A DNA stretch of 64,000 bases, taken from positions 67,303 through 131,302 of the forward strand of contig NZ_MCIB01000036.1 of NCBI RefSeq assembly GCF_003609645.1. Reading direction: 5' to 3'. The translations under genes and the position numbers were made by a program. The stretch comes from Thermohalobacter berrensis (lineage in GTDB: Bacteria > Bacillota > Clostridia > Tissierellales > Thermohalobacteraceae). The notes beneath the pieces are model-generated. The model was not told the origin of the DNA. It saw only the letters and a list, made by a program, of their open reading frames with translations, and ran no database searches. The number at the start of each line of letters is the position of its first letter. The stretch's first letter is position 1. Below, piece after piece: positions 28,896-39,939 of this stretch.

Positions 28896-30125
28896 ATGAT
28901 TTCAAGAAGAAAAGCTATACTTGGTGCTATCATAATTATTCTAATAACAAGTTTATCGACTTTCGTATTAAGTAATATTATACAAATTACAATAGATGAC
29001 AAGGTTTTAATAACTAAGAATGATTATGAAAAACTAATGGATGTCTATAAAAAGTATGAGAAGGTAATTGCAATAGAAAATATGGTAAAACAAAATTTTC
29101 TAAATGATGTAGAAGATAAGGATTTAGTTGAAGGGCAAATTAAAGGAATGTTTCAGGCATTAGGTGATCCCTATTCAGTTTATATGACTAAAGACGAATT
29201 TACTAGTTTTATGGAGCATACTAAGGGAACTTATGGTGGAATAGGAATAATTGTTGCACCAGGAGAAGATAACCTTATTACAGTTGTATCACCGATAGAG
29301 GATACACCTGGGGAAAGGGCAGGAATAAAACCAGGGGATAAAATTGTTAAAGTAAATGGTAAGGAGTTTACTGCAGATAAAATGGATGACGCAGTGAAAG
29401 TAATGAAGGGTAAACCAAAGACTAATGTTGATATTACTATTCTTAGAAAAGATGAAAATGGAAATTCAAAGTTTATAGATTTAACTATTACAAGAGAAAC
29501 AATAAGACTAAAAAGTGTTAAGTCAAAAATGCTAAAAGATAAAATAGGATATATTAGAATTATTTCATTTGATGAACTAACTTATGAGGATTTCATGAAA
29601 CATTTAGAAAAATTACAGGATAATGGAATGAAGGGATTAATAATAGATTTAAGAAATAATCCAGGTGGATTATTAAGTGAAACAGTTGAGATAGCAGATG
29701 AATTAATTGGAAAAAGTGTAGTTGTATATACAGAAACTAAAAATGGAGAAAGAGAATATAGAAGGTCAGATGCAGATAAATTAAATATTCCATTTGTTGT
29801 ATTAGTAAATGAAGGAAGTGCAAGTGCTTCAGAAATATTATCTGGGGCTGTGAAAGATACAAACTCAGGTATCTTAATTGGTACAAAGACATTTGGTAAG
29901 GGAATAGTTCAAAGAATTACACAATTAAAAGATGGGTCAGGATTTAAACTTACTGTTTCTGAATATTTTACTCCAAGTGGAGTAAGCATTCACGGTAAAG
30001 GGATAGAACCAGATATAGTTCTTGAAAATCCAGATGATATAGAACAGATTGGAGTAAAAAATATAGAAGAAGACAAACAACTTCAAAAGGCTATAGAAGT
30101 AATTAAGGAAGAAATAGGTAAATAG
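28896..30125 (+). CDS. ctpA: Carboxy-terminal processing protease (S41, CtpA/CtpB-like) with PDZ domain
   Basis: GIGI...PGERAGIKPGDKIVKVNG PDZ domain. S41 Ser/Lys region GSASASEI...TFGKG. Confidence 0.85.
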   Translation: MISRRKAILGAIIIILITSLSTFVLSNIIQITIDDKVLITKNDYEKLMDVYKKYEKVIAIENMVKQNFLNDVEDKDLVEGQIKGMFQALGDPYSVYMTKDEFTSFMEHTKGTYGGIGIIVAPGEDNLITVVSPIEDTPGERAGIKPGDKIVKVNGKEFTADKMDDAVKVMKGKPKTNVDITILRKDENGNSKFIDLTITRETIRLKSVKSKMLKDKIGYIRIISFDELTYEDFMKHLEKLQDNGMKGLIIDLRNNPGGLLSETVEIADELIGKSVVVYTETKNGEREYRRSDADKLNIPFVVLVNEGSASASEILSGAVKDTNSGILIGTKTFGKGIVQRITQLKDGSGFKLTVSEYFTPSGVSIHGKGIEPDIVLENPDDIEQIGVKNIEEDKQLQKAIEVIKEEIGK

Positions 30126-30145
30126 ATAAGAATGAATATTTAAAT

Positions 30146-30177
30146 AGTAGCGGATATTAATATCCGCTACTTATTTA
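30146..30177 (+). terminator. Intrinsic terminator
   Basis: GTAGCGGATATTAATATCCGCTAC perfect palindrome followed by TTATTT. Confidence 0.7.
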
Positions 30178-30194
30178 GATTAGGAGTGTTTTTT

Positions 30195-31442
30195 ATGTCT
30201 AAGTTATTTGATATTATATATATGTCTGGTATAACTCTATTTCAACTTTTTATAAATCCAATATATTGGGGAGTAGTATTACTTTTATATTTTCAATATA
30301 AGAGAGTAGCCAAGATGGAGAAAAGAATTTTAGGTACTAATAAAGAACCGATTCATAAAAGGGTTCTATCATCAATGCTCATGGGAATATTAGGAGGCAT
30401 CATAGGTAGTTTCGTAATTTTATTATTAGGAATAACAATAGAAGCAAATGATTTTAAATATGTTTTTTTACTTGCAATTTTGTTAATGTTATTTCATCCA
30501 AGATTTATATGTTTTTCCTATGCTGGAGGAATAATTTCATTATCTAGTTTATTATTTGGATATCCTAAGGTAAATGTATCAAGTATAATAGCAATTGTAG
30601 CTGTACTACATTTAGTTGAAAGCTTCCTAATTCTACTTGATGGAGATAATACTTTAATACCAATATTTATGAAAAAGAATAATAGAGTTGTTGGCGGATT
30701 TAATATGATGAGATTTTGGCCAATACCCTTTATAGTTCTTCTTATTATAGGCCAAATGACTGTCCTAGAAAATGGAGTAAATATGCCCGAATGGTGGCCT
30801 CTTTTCAAGCCAGATGGAGTGTTAGCAAATCAGACTGATTTAACCTTCTATATGATTGCTGTAATAGCAGTATTAGGATATGGAGATATGTCAATTACAG
30901 ATTATCCGAAAAATAAAATAAAAAATTCTTCTAAAAATTTATTTCTTTTTAGCATAATATTATTAATATTGGCAGTATTATCTTCACATATATATGTATT
31001 TAAATATATAGCTGCCTTATTTAGTCCAATAGCCCATGAAGCATTAATACAGTACGGGAGAAAAAGAGAGAGGGAGGGTACACCTGTTTTTTTACCTTCC
31101 CATAGAGGGGTAAAGGTTCTAGATGTTATTCCAAATAGTGTAGGAGAGAAACTTGGATTAAAATCAGGAGACATAATTCTTTCTATAAATGGAGAAAGGG
31201 TATACACAAAAAGAGAAATAGATGAAATATTATCATATTACCCAACCTTTATTTGGGTTGATTATTATTCTAATGGAGAGGTCATATCAAAGGACTATGC
31301 AAACTATAGAAAAGGTGTAAGAAATTTAGGAGTTTTAGTAATCTCTAATGATGAAATTAATTCTTTTATTGTAAAAGAACTTGAAAGCCCTATTAAAAGA
31401 ATATTAAAAAAAATAAAAAGAAAGCTAATAAAAAGAAGCTAA
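30195..31442 (+). CDS. Polytopic membrane protein with C-terminal PDZ domain (uncharacterised)
   Basis: ATG 30195 lies 8 nt after TAGGAG. More than 6 predicted TM helices. C-terminal PDZ VKVLDVIPNSVGEKLGLKSGDIILSINGE. No HExxH motif, so it is not an M50 protease. Confidence 0.6.
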   Translation: MSKLFDIIYMSGITLFQLFINPIYWGVVLLLYFQYKRVAKMEKRILGTNKEPIHKRVLSSMLMGILGGIIGSFVILLLGITIEANDFKYVFLLAILLMLFHPRFICFSYAGGIISLSSLLFGYPKVNVSSIIAIVAVLHLVESFLILLDGDNTLIPIFMKKNNRVVGGFNMMRFWPIPFIVLLIIGQMTVLENGVNMPEWWPLFKPDGVLANQTDLTFYMIAVIAVLGYGDMSITDYPKNKIKNSSKNLFLFSIILLILAVLSSHIYVFKYIAALFSPIAHEALIQYGRKREREGTPVFLPSHRGVKVLDVIPNSVGEKLGLKSGDIILSINGERVYTKREIDEILSYYPTFIWVDYYSNGEVISKDYANYRKGVRNLGVLVISNDEINSFIVKELESPIKRILKKIKRKLIKRS

Positions 31443-31471
31443 GGACTGATAAAGCCTTAGCTTCTTTTTAT
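31433..31471 (+). terminator. Intrinsic terminator overlapping stop codon
   Basis: GAAGCTAAGG-actgataaag-CCTTAGCTTC followed by TTTTTA. Confidence 0.65.
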
Positions 31472-31708
31472 TAGCTAAATACACAAAAATTTACACATAA
31501 ATACTTTCATATATTCTTTTAATCTAGTCCTATTTATTATAATATATAAATTAGTATCTATTAAATTTGTTAGTATTGTTGAATATTAAATATAATGAGA
31601 TAGGTTTGAAAGTACTACAAAATGGGCATATACATTATTGAATATTTCATTTCTGTTTTAGTTTATTATGCTTACTTACAATTATTTCCAAACTTTATCT
31701 AAAAGATA

Positions 31709-31737
31709 TTGACTTTAATATAATTAAATTATACAAT
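31709..31737 (+). promoter_or_regulatory. Sigma-A-type promoter of uvrBA
   Basis: TTGACT-17 nt-TACAAT. Confidence 0.55.
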
Positions 31738-31742
31738 TAGTA

Positions 31743-31755
31743 CGAACGGATGTTC
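31743..31755 (+). promoter_or_regulatory. LexA/DinR SOS box (Cheo box)
   Basis: CGAACGGATGTTC matches the Firmicutes consensus CGAAC-N4-GTTC. It lies immediately downstream of the -10 and 16 nt before the uvrB start. Confidence 0.7.
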
Positions 31756-31770
31756 TTAAGAGGTGATAAT

Positions 31771-33744
31771 ATGGGAAAATTTAAAATAGTTTCTGACTTT
31801 AAGCCAACAGGTGATCAGCCTGCTGCTATAGAAGCACTGAGTAAAGGAATAAAAAATGGATTGAAACACCAAACTCTATTAGGTGTAACAGGGTCTGGAA
31901 AAACCTTTACTATGGCTAATATTATAGAAAAAGTTCAAAAACCTACATTAGTAATAGCACATAATAAAACTTTAGCTGCACAACTTGCAAGTGAATTTAA
32001 AGAATTTTTTCCAAATAATGCAGTAGAGTATTTTGTTAGTTACTACGATTATTATCAGCCTGAAGCCTATGTGCCTCAGACTGATACTTATATAGAGAAG
32101 GATGCTTCAATAAATGACGAAATTGACAAGTTAAGACACTCAGCAACATCAGCTCTTTTTGAAAGAAGAGATGTTATTATAGTTGCTAGTGTATCCTGTA
32201 TATATGGATTAGGAGACCCAATAGACTATGAAAATCTAGTAATCTCTCTAAGACCAGGTATGATAAAGGATAGAGATGAAGTAATTAAAAAATTAGTTGA
32301 TATCCAGTATGAGAGAAATGATGTAAACTTTGTAAGGGGAACATTTAGAGTTAGGGGAGATATAATAGAAATATTTCCTGCATCATCTAGTGAAAATGCA
32401 ATAAGAGTTGAATTTTTTGGTGATGAAATCGATAGAATAACAGAGATTAATTCACTTACTGGAGAGATAATAGGTTTAAGAAACCATGTATCAATATTTC
32501 CTGCTTCTCACTTTGCCACATCTCAAGACAAGATTGAAAGGGCTATAAAAAGTATAGAAAAGGAATTAGCAGAAAGACTTAAAGAATTAAGGGCTGAAGA
32601 TAAATTACTTGAGGCTCAAAGACTACAGCAGAGAACAATGTATGATATAGAAATGCTAAGAGAAATGGGATATTGTCAAGGAATAGAAAATTATTCTAGA
32701 CATTTAAGTGGAAGAAAACCTGGAAGTAAACCTTTTACACTTTTAGATTATTTCCCAGATGATTATTTAATGATAATAGATGAATCCCATGTAACTATAC
32801 CACAAATAAGGGGAATGTATGCCGGTGATAGATCAAGGAAAAGATCCCTTGTGGAACATGGATTTAGGCTTCCTTCGGCATATGATAATAGACCATTAAA
32901 ATTTGAAGAATTTGAAAAAATGGTAAATCAAGTTCTGTATGTAAGTGCTACCCCTGGTCCCTATGAACATGAACATTCAGAACAAGTAGTAGAACAAATT
33001 ATTAGACCTACTGGATTGTTGGACCCAGAAGTTGAAGTTAGACCAACAAAGGGACAAATAGATGATTTACTAAAGGAGATAAACCTAAGAGTAGAAAAGG
33101 ACCAAAGGGTTTTAGTTACAACACTTACGAAAAAAATGGCTGAGGATTTAACAAATTACCTTAAAGAGGCGGGAATAAAGGTAACATATTTACATTCTGA
33201 TATAGATACTATTGAAAGAATGGAAATAATAAGGGACTTAAGATTAGGAAACCATGATGTTTTAGTTGGAATTAACCTTTTAAGGGAAGGCCTTGACTTA
33301 CCAGAGGTTTCATTAGTTGTAATCCTTGATGCTGATAAGGAAGGTTTTTTAAGGTCTGAAACTTCAATGATACAGACAATTGGTAGAGCAGCTAGGAATG
33401 CAGAAGGAAAGGTTATACTATATGCTGATAGAGTGACAAGATCCATGAAAAATGCCATAGATGAGACAAATAGAAGAAGAAATATTCAAATGGAGTATAA
33501 TAAAAAGCATAATATTACACCTAAAACAATTAGAAAGGGAATTAGGGATGTTATTGAAGCAACTAAGGTAGCTGAAGATGAAGACAAATATGGTGTATCT
33601 AAAAAAGATAAGTTAACTAGAGAAGAAATCCAGGAAACTATTGCAAAGTTAGAAGTGGAAATGTTTAAAGCAGCTGAACAGTTACAATTTGAAAGGGCAG
33701 CTGAATTAAGGGATAAAATAGAGGAGTTAAAGGAAAACCTTTAG
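31771..33744 (+). CDS. uvrB: Excinuclease ABC subunit B
   Basis: ATG 31771 follows AAGAGGTGA. Helicase motifs GVTGSGKT and DESH, and the C-terminal UVR domain. Confidence 0.95.
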   Translation: MGKFKIVSDFKPTGDQPAAIEALSKGIKNGLKHQTLLGVTGSGKTFTMANIIEKVQKPTLVIAHNKTLAAQLASEFKEFFPNNAVEYFVSYYDYYQPEAYVPQTDTYIEKDASINDEIDKLRHSATSALFERRDVIIVASVSCIYGLGDPIDYENLVISLRPGMIKDRDEVIKKLVDIQYERNDVNFVRGTFRVRGDIIEIFPASSSENAIRVEFFGDEIDRITEINSLTGEIIGLRNHVSIFPASHFATSQDKIERAIKSIEKELAERLKELRAEDKLLEAQRLQQRTMYDIEMLREMGYCQGIENYSRHLSGRKPGSKPFTLLDYFPDDYLMIIDESHVTIPQIRGMYAGDRSRKRSLVEHGFRLPSAYDNRPLKFEEFEKMVNQVLYVSATPGPYEHEHSEQVVEQIIRPTGLLDPEVEVRPTKGQIDDLLKEINLRVEKDQRVLVTTLTKKMAEDLTNYLKEAGIKVTYLHSDIDTIERMEIIRDLRLGNHDVLVGINLLREGLDLPEVSLVVILDADKEGFLRSETSMIQTIGRAARNAEGKVILYADRVTRSMKNAIDETNRRRNIQMEYNKKHNITPKTIRKGIRDVIEATKVAEDEDKYGVSKKDKLTREEIQETIAKLEVEMFKAAEQLQFERAAELRDKIEELKENL

Positions 33745-33763
33745 AAAAAATTGAGGTGGTAAT

Positions 33764-36592
33764 ATGGCAAAAAACAAAATTATTGTTAAAGGAGCTAGAG
33801 AGCATAACCTTAAAAATATAGATTTAGAGCTTCCTAGAAATAAGTTTATAGTGTTTACTGGACTAAGCGGATCAGGTAAATCTTCTTTAGCTTTCGATAC
33901 TATATATGCAGAGGGTCAAAGAAGATATGTCGAAAGTCTTTCTGCATATGCAAGACAGTTTTTAGGACAAATGGAGAAGCCAAATATTGACTATATTGAG
34001 GGATTATCACCTTCTATATCAATAGATCAAAAGACTACAAGTAAAAATCCTAGATCTACAGTAGGTACTGTTACAGAAATATATGACTACTTGAGATTAC
34101 TCTTTGCAAGAATAGGAACTCCACACTGTCCTAAATGTGGTAAAGTCATTTCTTCACAGACAGTAGACCAAATGGTAGATAAGATAATGGAGTTAGAAGA
34201 AAGGACAAAACTACAACTTCTTGCTCCTATAGTTAGAGGAAGAAAAGGGGAACATCAAAAACTATTAGATAATATAAGAAAAGAAGGATTTGTAAGAGTA
34301 AGAGTAGATGGAGATATAAGGGATATAAACGAGGATATAAAACTGGATAAAAATAAAAAACATTCTATAGAAGTAGTGGTTGACAGACTTATAATGAAAA
34401 AGGGAATAGAAAAAAGATTGGCTGACTCTATAGAAACTGCACTAGAATTGTCAGATGGAATAGTTATTGTAGATATAATAGATGGGGAAGAACTATTATT
34501 TAGTCAAAAGTTTGCATGTGTTGAGTGTGGTATTGGAATAGAAGAATTGTCACCAAGGATGTTTTCATTTAATAGTCCATATGGAATGTGTCCTGATTGC
34601 AATGGATTAGGTAGTAATAAAAAGGTTGACCCAGAGTTAATAATACCCAATAAGGATTTGACTATTAATCAAGGAGCTATAGCACCATATAGCAATACCT
34701 CAGATGACACATATTATTTTAGAGCTTTTAAAGCAATTGCAGAGGATAATGGATTTGATTTAGATACTCCTATAAAGGATGCACCTAAAAAGTTTTTAGA
34801 TGAAATTCTATACGGTACTGGTAGTAGAAATATTAGATTTACGTATGAAAGTCGATTTGGAGGAGTAAGAGATTTTAATGCTCCATTTGAAGGTATAATT
34901 CCAAATTTTGAAAGAAGATATAGGGAGACAAATTCTGATTACATTAGAGATAAAATAGGAAATTATATGAGTATAATACCTTGTCCTAAATGTAATGGTT
35001 CAAGATTAAAGCCTGAAAGCTTAGCAGTAACTGTAGGAGAAAAAAATATATCAGAAATTACTAATATGTCAGTAAGGAAAGCAAAGGAATTTTTTGACAA
35101 TCTTAAGCTTACAAAGCGTCAAGAGTTTATAGCAGAGCAGATATTAAAAGAAATAAGAGAAAGGTTAAAGTTTTTAGAGGATGTTGGATTAGATTATCTC
35201 ACACTATCTAGAAGAGCAGGCACTCTATCAGGTGGGGAATCTCAAAGGATAAGGTTAGCAACACAAATAGGGTCAAGCCTTGTAGGTGTCTTATATGTTT
35301 TAGATGAGCCAAGTATAGGGCTTCATCAAAGAGATAATGATAGACTCTTAAAGACATTAAGGAATCTAACTGATTTAGGTAATACTTTGATTGTAGTTGA
35401 ACATGATGAAGACACTATGTATAGTGCTGACTATATAGTAGATATAGGACCAAGAGCAGGATTACATGGTGGAGAAATAGTAGCCCATGGAACAGTTGAT
35501 GAAATTAAAAAGTGTAAAGAATCTATAACTGGGCAATATTTAAGTGGTAAGAAGAAAATAGAAGTACCTAAAGGAAGAAGAGAACCAAATGGAAAGTGGA
35601 TAGAAGTAGTAGGTGCACGAGAAAACAACTTAAAGAAAATCAATGTAAAATTTCCATTAGGGGTTTTTACTTGTGTAACAGGTGTTTCAGGTTCAGGAAA
35701 GAGTACACTTGTTAATGAGATACTCTACAAAAAATTAGCACAAGTTCTCCATAGAGGTAAAGATAAACCAGGAAAACATGAGACAATAAAGGGAATTAAG
35801 AATATAGATAAAGTTATTGATATTGACCAATCCCCTATAGGAAGGACCCCAAGATCTAATCCTGCAACATATACAGGAGTATTTGACCATATAAGGGAAG
35901 TATTTGCTAAAACCCCTGAAGCTAGGATGAGAGGATATAAAAAGGGTAGATTTAGTTTTAATGTTAAAGGTGGAAGATGTGAAGCTTGTAAAGGTGATGG
36001 AATAATTAAAATAGAGATGCACTTCTTACCAGATGTTTATGTTCCATGTGAAGTATGTAAAGGAAAAAGATATAATAGAGAAACATTAGAAGTTAAATAT
36101 AAAGGAAAATCAATATCTGATATTTTAGATATGACTGTTGAAGAGGCGTTAGAGTTTTTTGAAAATATACCTAAAATAAAGAGAAAGCTAAAAACAATGT
36201 ATGATGTAGGCTTAGGTTATATAAAGTTAGGACAGCCATCAACACAGCTATCTGGTGGAGAGGCTCAAAGGATAAAACTTGCCACTGAATTAAGTAAAAG
36301 AAGTACAGGAAAGACTCTATATATTTTAGATGAGCCTACAACAGGCCTTCATTTTGCTGATGTTCACAAGCTTATAAAAGTATTAAATAGATTAGTTGAA
36401 AGTGGAAATACTGTAATAGTTATAGAACATAACTTAGATGTAATAAAAACTGCAGACTATATTATAGACCTTGGTCCAGAAGGTGGAGATAAAGGTGGTA
36501 TGATAGTTGCACAGGGAACACCCGAAGAAATCTGTAAAATACCAGAATCATATACAGGTCAGTTTTTAAAGAAAATGTTAAAGAAGGGTTAG
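33764..36592 (+). CDS. uvrA: Excinuclease ABC subunit A
   Basis: Two ABC ATPase modules ([10 protein letters not shown] and [10 protein letters not shown]), zinc-finger Cys clusters and the right length. Confidence 0.95.
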   Translation: MAKNKIIVKGAREHNLKNIDLELPRNKFIVFTGLSGSGKSSLAFDTIYAEGQRRYVESLSAYARQFLGQMEKPNIDYIEGLSPSISIDQKTTSKNPRSTVGTVTEIYDYLRLLFARIGTPHCPKCGKVISSQTVDQMVDKIMELEERTKLQLLAPIVRGRKGEHQKLLDNIRKEGFVRVRVDGDIRDINEDIKLDKNKKHSIEVVVDRLIMKKGIEKRLADSIETALELSDGIVIVDIIDGEELLFSQKFACVECGIGIEELSPRMFSFNSPYGMCPDCNGLGSNKKVDPELIIPNKDLTINQGAIAPYSNTSDDTYYFRAFKAIAEDNGFDLDTPIKDAPKKFLDEILYGTGSRNIRFTYESRFGGVRDFNAPFEGIIPNFERRYRETNSDYIRDKIGNYMSIIPCPKCNGSRLKPESLAVTVGEKNISEITNMSVRKAKEFFDNLKLTKRQEFIAEQILKEIRERLKFLEDVGLDYLTLSRRAGTLSGGESQRIRLATQIGSSLVGVLYVLDEPSIGLHQRDNDRLLKTLRNLTDLGNTLIVVEHDEDTMYSADYIVDIGPRAGLHGGEIVAHGTVDEIKKCKESITGQYLSGKKKIEVPKGRREPNGKWIEVVGARENNLKKINVKFPLGVFTCVTGVSGSGKSTLVNEILYKKLAQVLHRGKDKPGKHETIKGIKNIDKVIDIDQSPIGRTPRSNPATYTGVFDHIREVFAKTPEARMRGYKKGRFSFNVKGGRCEACKGDGIIKIEMHFLPDVYVPCEVCKGKRYNRETLEVKYKGKSISDILDMTVEEALEFFENIPKIKRKLKTMYDVGLGYIKLGQPSTQLSGGEAQRIKLATELSKRSTGKTLYILDEPTTGLHFADVHKLIKVLNRLVESGNTVIVIEHNLDVIKTADYIIDLGPEGGDKGGMIVAQGTPEEICKIPESYTGQFLKKMLKKG

Positions 36593-36600
36593 TTTATAGA

Positions 36601-36630
36601 AAAAGGTCCCATAAGTTGGGGCCTTTTTTC
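36601..36630 (+). terminator. Intrinsic terminator after uvrA
   Basis: GGTCCCA-taagt-TGGGGCC followed by T6. Confidence 0.7.
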
Positions 36631-36763
36631 TATAAAATGGAATGAAAAATTTATAAAAAAGCATACAAAATAATGTGAAAATATGTTACAATTATTTAAT
36701 ATATCGAAAAATGTCGAAAATATAACATAGGGTAAATAACAAAGCAGAAGGGATTGGTAATAC

Positions 36764-38251
36764 ATGACAAATGAAACTGTAGGTATTCTTATAACGTTTA
36801 TTGTATATTTAGTCTTTATGTTAAGTATTGGGCTTGTTTTTTACAAAAAAACTAATAACCTATCTGATTACGTTTTAGGAGGGAGAAGACTTAATAGTTG
36901 GGTAACTGCTTTAAGTTCTCAGGCTTCAGATATGAGTGGTTGGCTTCTTATGGGATTGCCTGGACTTGCTTATCTTAAAGGAATGGAAGCTCTATGGATT
37001 AGTATTGGGTTAGCAGTTGGTACTTATTTAAATTGGAAGATTGTTGCTAAAAGACTTCGTAAGTATACCCAAATTTCAGGGGATTCTATAACTCTATCGG
37101 TATTCTTTGAGAATAGATTTAGAGATAATACAAAATTACTTAGGACAATTTCTGCACTATTTATTTTAATATTCTTCTTGATTTATACAGCCTCTCAACT
37201 TGTAGCAGGGGGAAAATTATTTAGTACAGTTTTTAATATTCCATATATACATGCTTTAACTATAGGTGCAGTTGTAATAATTTTATATACGTTTTTGGGA
37301 GGTTTTATGGCAGTTTGCTGGACCGATTTCTTCCAAGGAGCTATAATGTTTTTTGCTATTTTAGTAGTTCCCATAACATGTGCAATTTTAATTGGGGGAT
37401 ATAGTGAAACTATTTATAGTTTAAAGGCTATTAATAAAGAACTACTAAATCCTTTCACAATAGTAGATGGAAAATTAATTCCCTTTATATCTGTAGTATC
37501 AGCTATGGCATGGGGATTAGGTTATTTTGGACAACCCCATATTTTAAGCCGTTTTATGGCAATAAGTTCTTCGAAACAAATTAAAAAAGCTAGAATGATT
37601 GCTATGATTTGGGTAGTAATTTCCCTTGGAGCTGCTGTGATTATTGGTATGGTAGGTAGAGTTTATTTACCTCAGACATTAAAAGGTACTGCCTCTGAAA
37701 CTGTATTTATGCTGATGGTAAACGAAACTTTTCCAGCTTTAATAGCGGGAATTTTATTAGCTGCAATTCTTGCTGCAATAATGAGTACAGCAGACTCTCA
37801 GTTATTAGTTACTGCCTCTGCCATTACTGAAGATTTTTATAAATCATTGATAAGAAAAAATGCAGGAGAAAAGGAATTAGTATGGGTAAGTAGATTTACT
37901 GTTATTTTAGTTTCAATTGTTGCTTTTATACTAGCATTAAACCCAAATAGTTCTGTATTAGAGCTAGTTGCATATGCATGGGCAGGATTTGGTGCTGCTT
38001 TTGGACCAACAATAATCTTCTCACTTTTCTGGAAAAGAATGACAAAGTATGGAGCCCTTGGGGGAATGATTGTAGGAGGAATTACAGTACTTGTATGGAA
38101 ACAGCTTCAAGGGGGAATTTTTGAATTGTATGAAATTGTACCAGGTTTTATATTTTCATGCCTCGCTATTATTTTAATAAGTCTTTTTGATAAAGAACCA
38201 TCAAAGGAAATTGTTGAAGAATTTGAGAAAGTAAAGGTAAGTGAAGTATAG
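36764..38251 (+). CDS. putP: Sodium:proline symporter (SSS family)
   Basis: 13-TM SSS-family sequence with PutP-like motifs (GGRRLNSWVTALS..., ...GMIVGG...). Confidence 0.8.
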   Translation: MTNETVGILITFIVYLVFMLSIGLVFYKKTNNLSDYVLGGRRLNSWVTALSSQASDMSGWLLMGLPGLAYLKGMEALWISIGLAVGTYLNWKIVAKRLRKYTQISGDSITLSVFFENRFRDNTKLLRTISALFILIFFLIYTASQLVAGGKLFSTVFNIPYIHALTIGAVVIILYTFLGGFMAVCWTDFFQGAIMFFAILVVPITCAILIGGYSETIYSLKAINKELLNPFTIVDGKLIPFISVVSAMAWGLGYFGQPHILSRFMAISSSKQIKKARMIAMIWVVISLGAAVIIGMVGRVYLPQTLKGTASETVFMLMVNETFPALIAGILLAAILAAIMSTADSQLLVTASAITEDFYKSLIRKNAGEKELVWVSRFTVILVSIVAFILALNPNSSVLELVAYAWAGFGAAFGPTIIFSLFWKRMTKYGALGGMIVGGITVLVWKQLQGGIFELYEIVPGFIFSCLAIILISLFDKEPSKEIVEEFEKVKVSEV

Positions 38252-38295
38252 AATAAATTACCACTAAAAATATTACAAAAAATTAATAAATTCTA

Positions 38296-38324
38296 TTGAC
38301 ATCCGTAAAATTATTCTATATAAT
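38296..38324 (+). promoter_or_regulatory. Consensus sigma-A promoter for T-box leader/liv operon
   Basis: TTGACA-17 nt-TATAAT, a perfect consensus. Confidence 0.6.
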
Positions 38325-38349
38325 TAATAAAAATTCAAAAAATAACATG

Positions 38350-38598
38350 ATTAAAGCTGTGATGGGAAGTAGTAGACTAGAAACAGTCTTTCAGAGAGGG
38401 AGTGCCTTAGGCTGGGAGCATCCTAGATATGACTAGTTGAAATCTATCCCTGAGCTGTATCTGAATCTTTTTAGGGTAAAGATTGCCGTAATTGCTGCGT
38501 TAAAGCATTAAAGTGGGTTTTATAACCAATTAGGGTGGAACCGCGGGAAAATACCTCTCGTCCCTAGTGTAATTTTGCTAGGGGTGGGGGGTTTTTTA
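38350..38598 (+). promoter_or_regulatory. T-box riboswitch leader (probable Ile specifier AUC) with terminator/antiterminator
   Basis: Stem I GGGA-AGTAGTAG-ACTAG...CTAGT-TGAAATCTA-TCCC has AGUA and GAA S-turn elements. T-box sequence AATTAGGGTGGAACCGCGG is at 38528-38546. Terminator CCTCTCGTCCCTAG...CTAGGGGTGGGGGG-T6 at 38554-38598. Confidence 0.65.
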
Positions 38599-38688
38599 TA
38601 TGTAAAATTTTTTGAAATAAAGATCCGGGTCTTTATTTATAAATTAAGCTTAATTATTTTAACATTAAATAATTTAGGGGGTATTAAG

Positions 38689-39858
38689 TTGAAAAGAAAA
38701 ATAGCTTTATTGATGGTATTAGTTTTGGTAACAACAACTTTATTTATTGGGTGTTCTACTGAAGCCAATGAAAATGCAGACAACGAAAATGATGTTATTA
38801 AAATAGGAGTTTTTGAGCCAATGACAGGTGTTAATGCAGCAGGTGGTGCTATGGAAGTTGAAGGTATAAAGCTTGCAAATGAGTTGTATCCTGAGGTATT
38901 AGGTAAAAAAGTTGAGTTAGTAATTGTTGATAACAAGTCAGATAAAGTGGAGGCAGCAAATGCAGCAACTAGGCTAGTTGATAAAGAAAAGGTAGCTGCT
39001 ATTATAGGAAGCTGGGGAAGTTCCTTTTCAATGGCAGCAGGACCAATAGTAGCTGATGCAAAGGTTTCAGCAGTTGGAGCATCTTGTACTAATCCATTAG
39101 TTACAAAGGGAAATGACTATTATTTTAGAGTTTGCTTTATTGATACATTCCAAGGTAAAGTAATGGCAAATTATGCTGTTAATGAATTAGGAGCTAAGAA
39201 AGCTGCTATTATTAGAGAAGTATCAAATGATTATTCTGTAGGTTTAGCAAACTTCTTTATGAATACTTTTAAAGAGCTTACAGGTGATGAAAATGCTATT
39301 GTTGGAATAGCTGATTATAATACAGGAGACCAAGATTTTACTGCACAGTTAACTAATATTAAAAAATTAAATCCAGATGTTATATTTGCACCTGGAAATT
39401 ACAGTGAATCAGCATTATTGATTAAACAAGCAAGGGAATTAGGTATAGATGCACCTATTTTAGGTGGAGATACTTGGGAAGCACCAGAGTTCTTAGAAAT
39501 AGGAGGAAAAGCAGTAGAAGGAGCAGTGTTTTCTACCTTCTTTACATCTGAGGTACCAATTACAAAGAAATCAGAAGAGTTTTTAGAAGAATATAGAAAG
39601 AGATTTGATAAAGAGCCAGCTTCAGTTACAGCATTAGGTTTTGATGCATATTTAGTTATTCTTGATGCCATTAAAAAGGCAGGGACAGATGATCCAGTAA
39701 AAATTAGGGAAGCATTAGCTAAAACTAAAGATTTTGAAGGTGCAGCTGGTGTTATAACCCTTGATGAAAATGGAGATGCAGTTAAGGATGCGGTAATTAA
39801 GCAGGTTAAAGACGGAAAGTTCACATACTTGACTACTATAAAATCTAAAGGCAACTAA
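38689..39858 (+). CDS. Branched-chain amino-acid ABC transporter substrate-binding lipoprotein (LivJ/LivK family)
   Basis: TTG 38689 lies 8 nt after AGGGGG. Lipobox LFIGC. Type-I periplasmic binding fold similar to Leu/Ile/Val-binding proteins. Confidence 0.8.
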   Translation: MKRKIALLMVLVLVTTTLFIGCSTEANENADNENDVIKIGVFEPMTGVNAAGGAMEVEGIKLANELYPEVLGKKVELVIVDNKSDKVEAANAATRLVDKEKVAAIIGSWGSSFSMAAGPIVADAKVSAVGASCTNPLVTKGNDYYFRVCFIDTFQGKVMANYAVNELGAKKAAIIREVSNDYSVGLANFFMNTFKELTGDENAIVGIADYNTGDQDFTAQLTNIKKLNPDVIFAPGNYSESALLIKQARELGIDAPILGGDTWEAPEFLEIGGKAVEGAVFSTFFTSEVPITKKSEEFLEEYRKRFDKEPASVTALGFDAYLVILDAIKKAGTDDPVKIREALAKTKDFEGAAGVITLDENGDAVKDAVIKQVKDGKFTYLTTIKSKGN

Positions 39859-39939
39859 AATTCTCTCAGTAGATTAGGCATATATAAGCGTAAGACCTAA
39901 TCTACTGAGAAATTAAATAAATGGAATAGGGTGGTTATA

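Noticed and set aside
30195-31442. Site-2 (M50) protease identity for the PDZ membrane protein
   Set aside because: No HExxH or LDG motifs; only the PDZ domain is recognisable.
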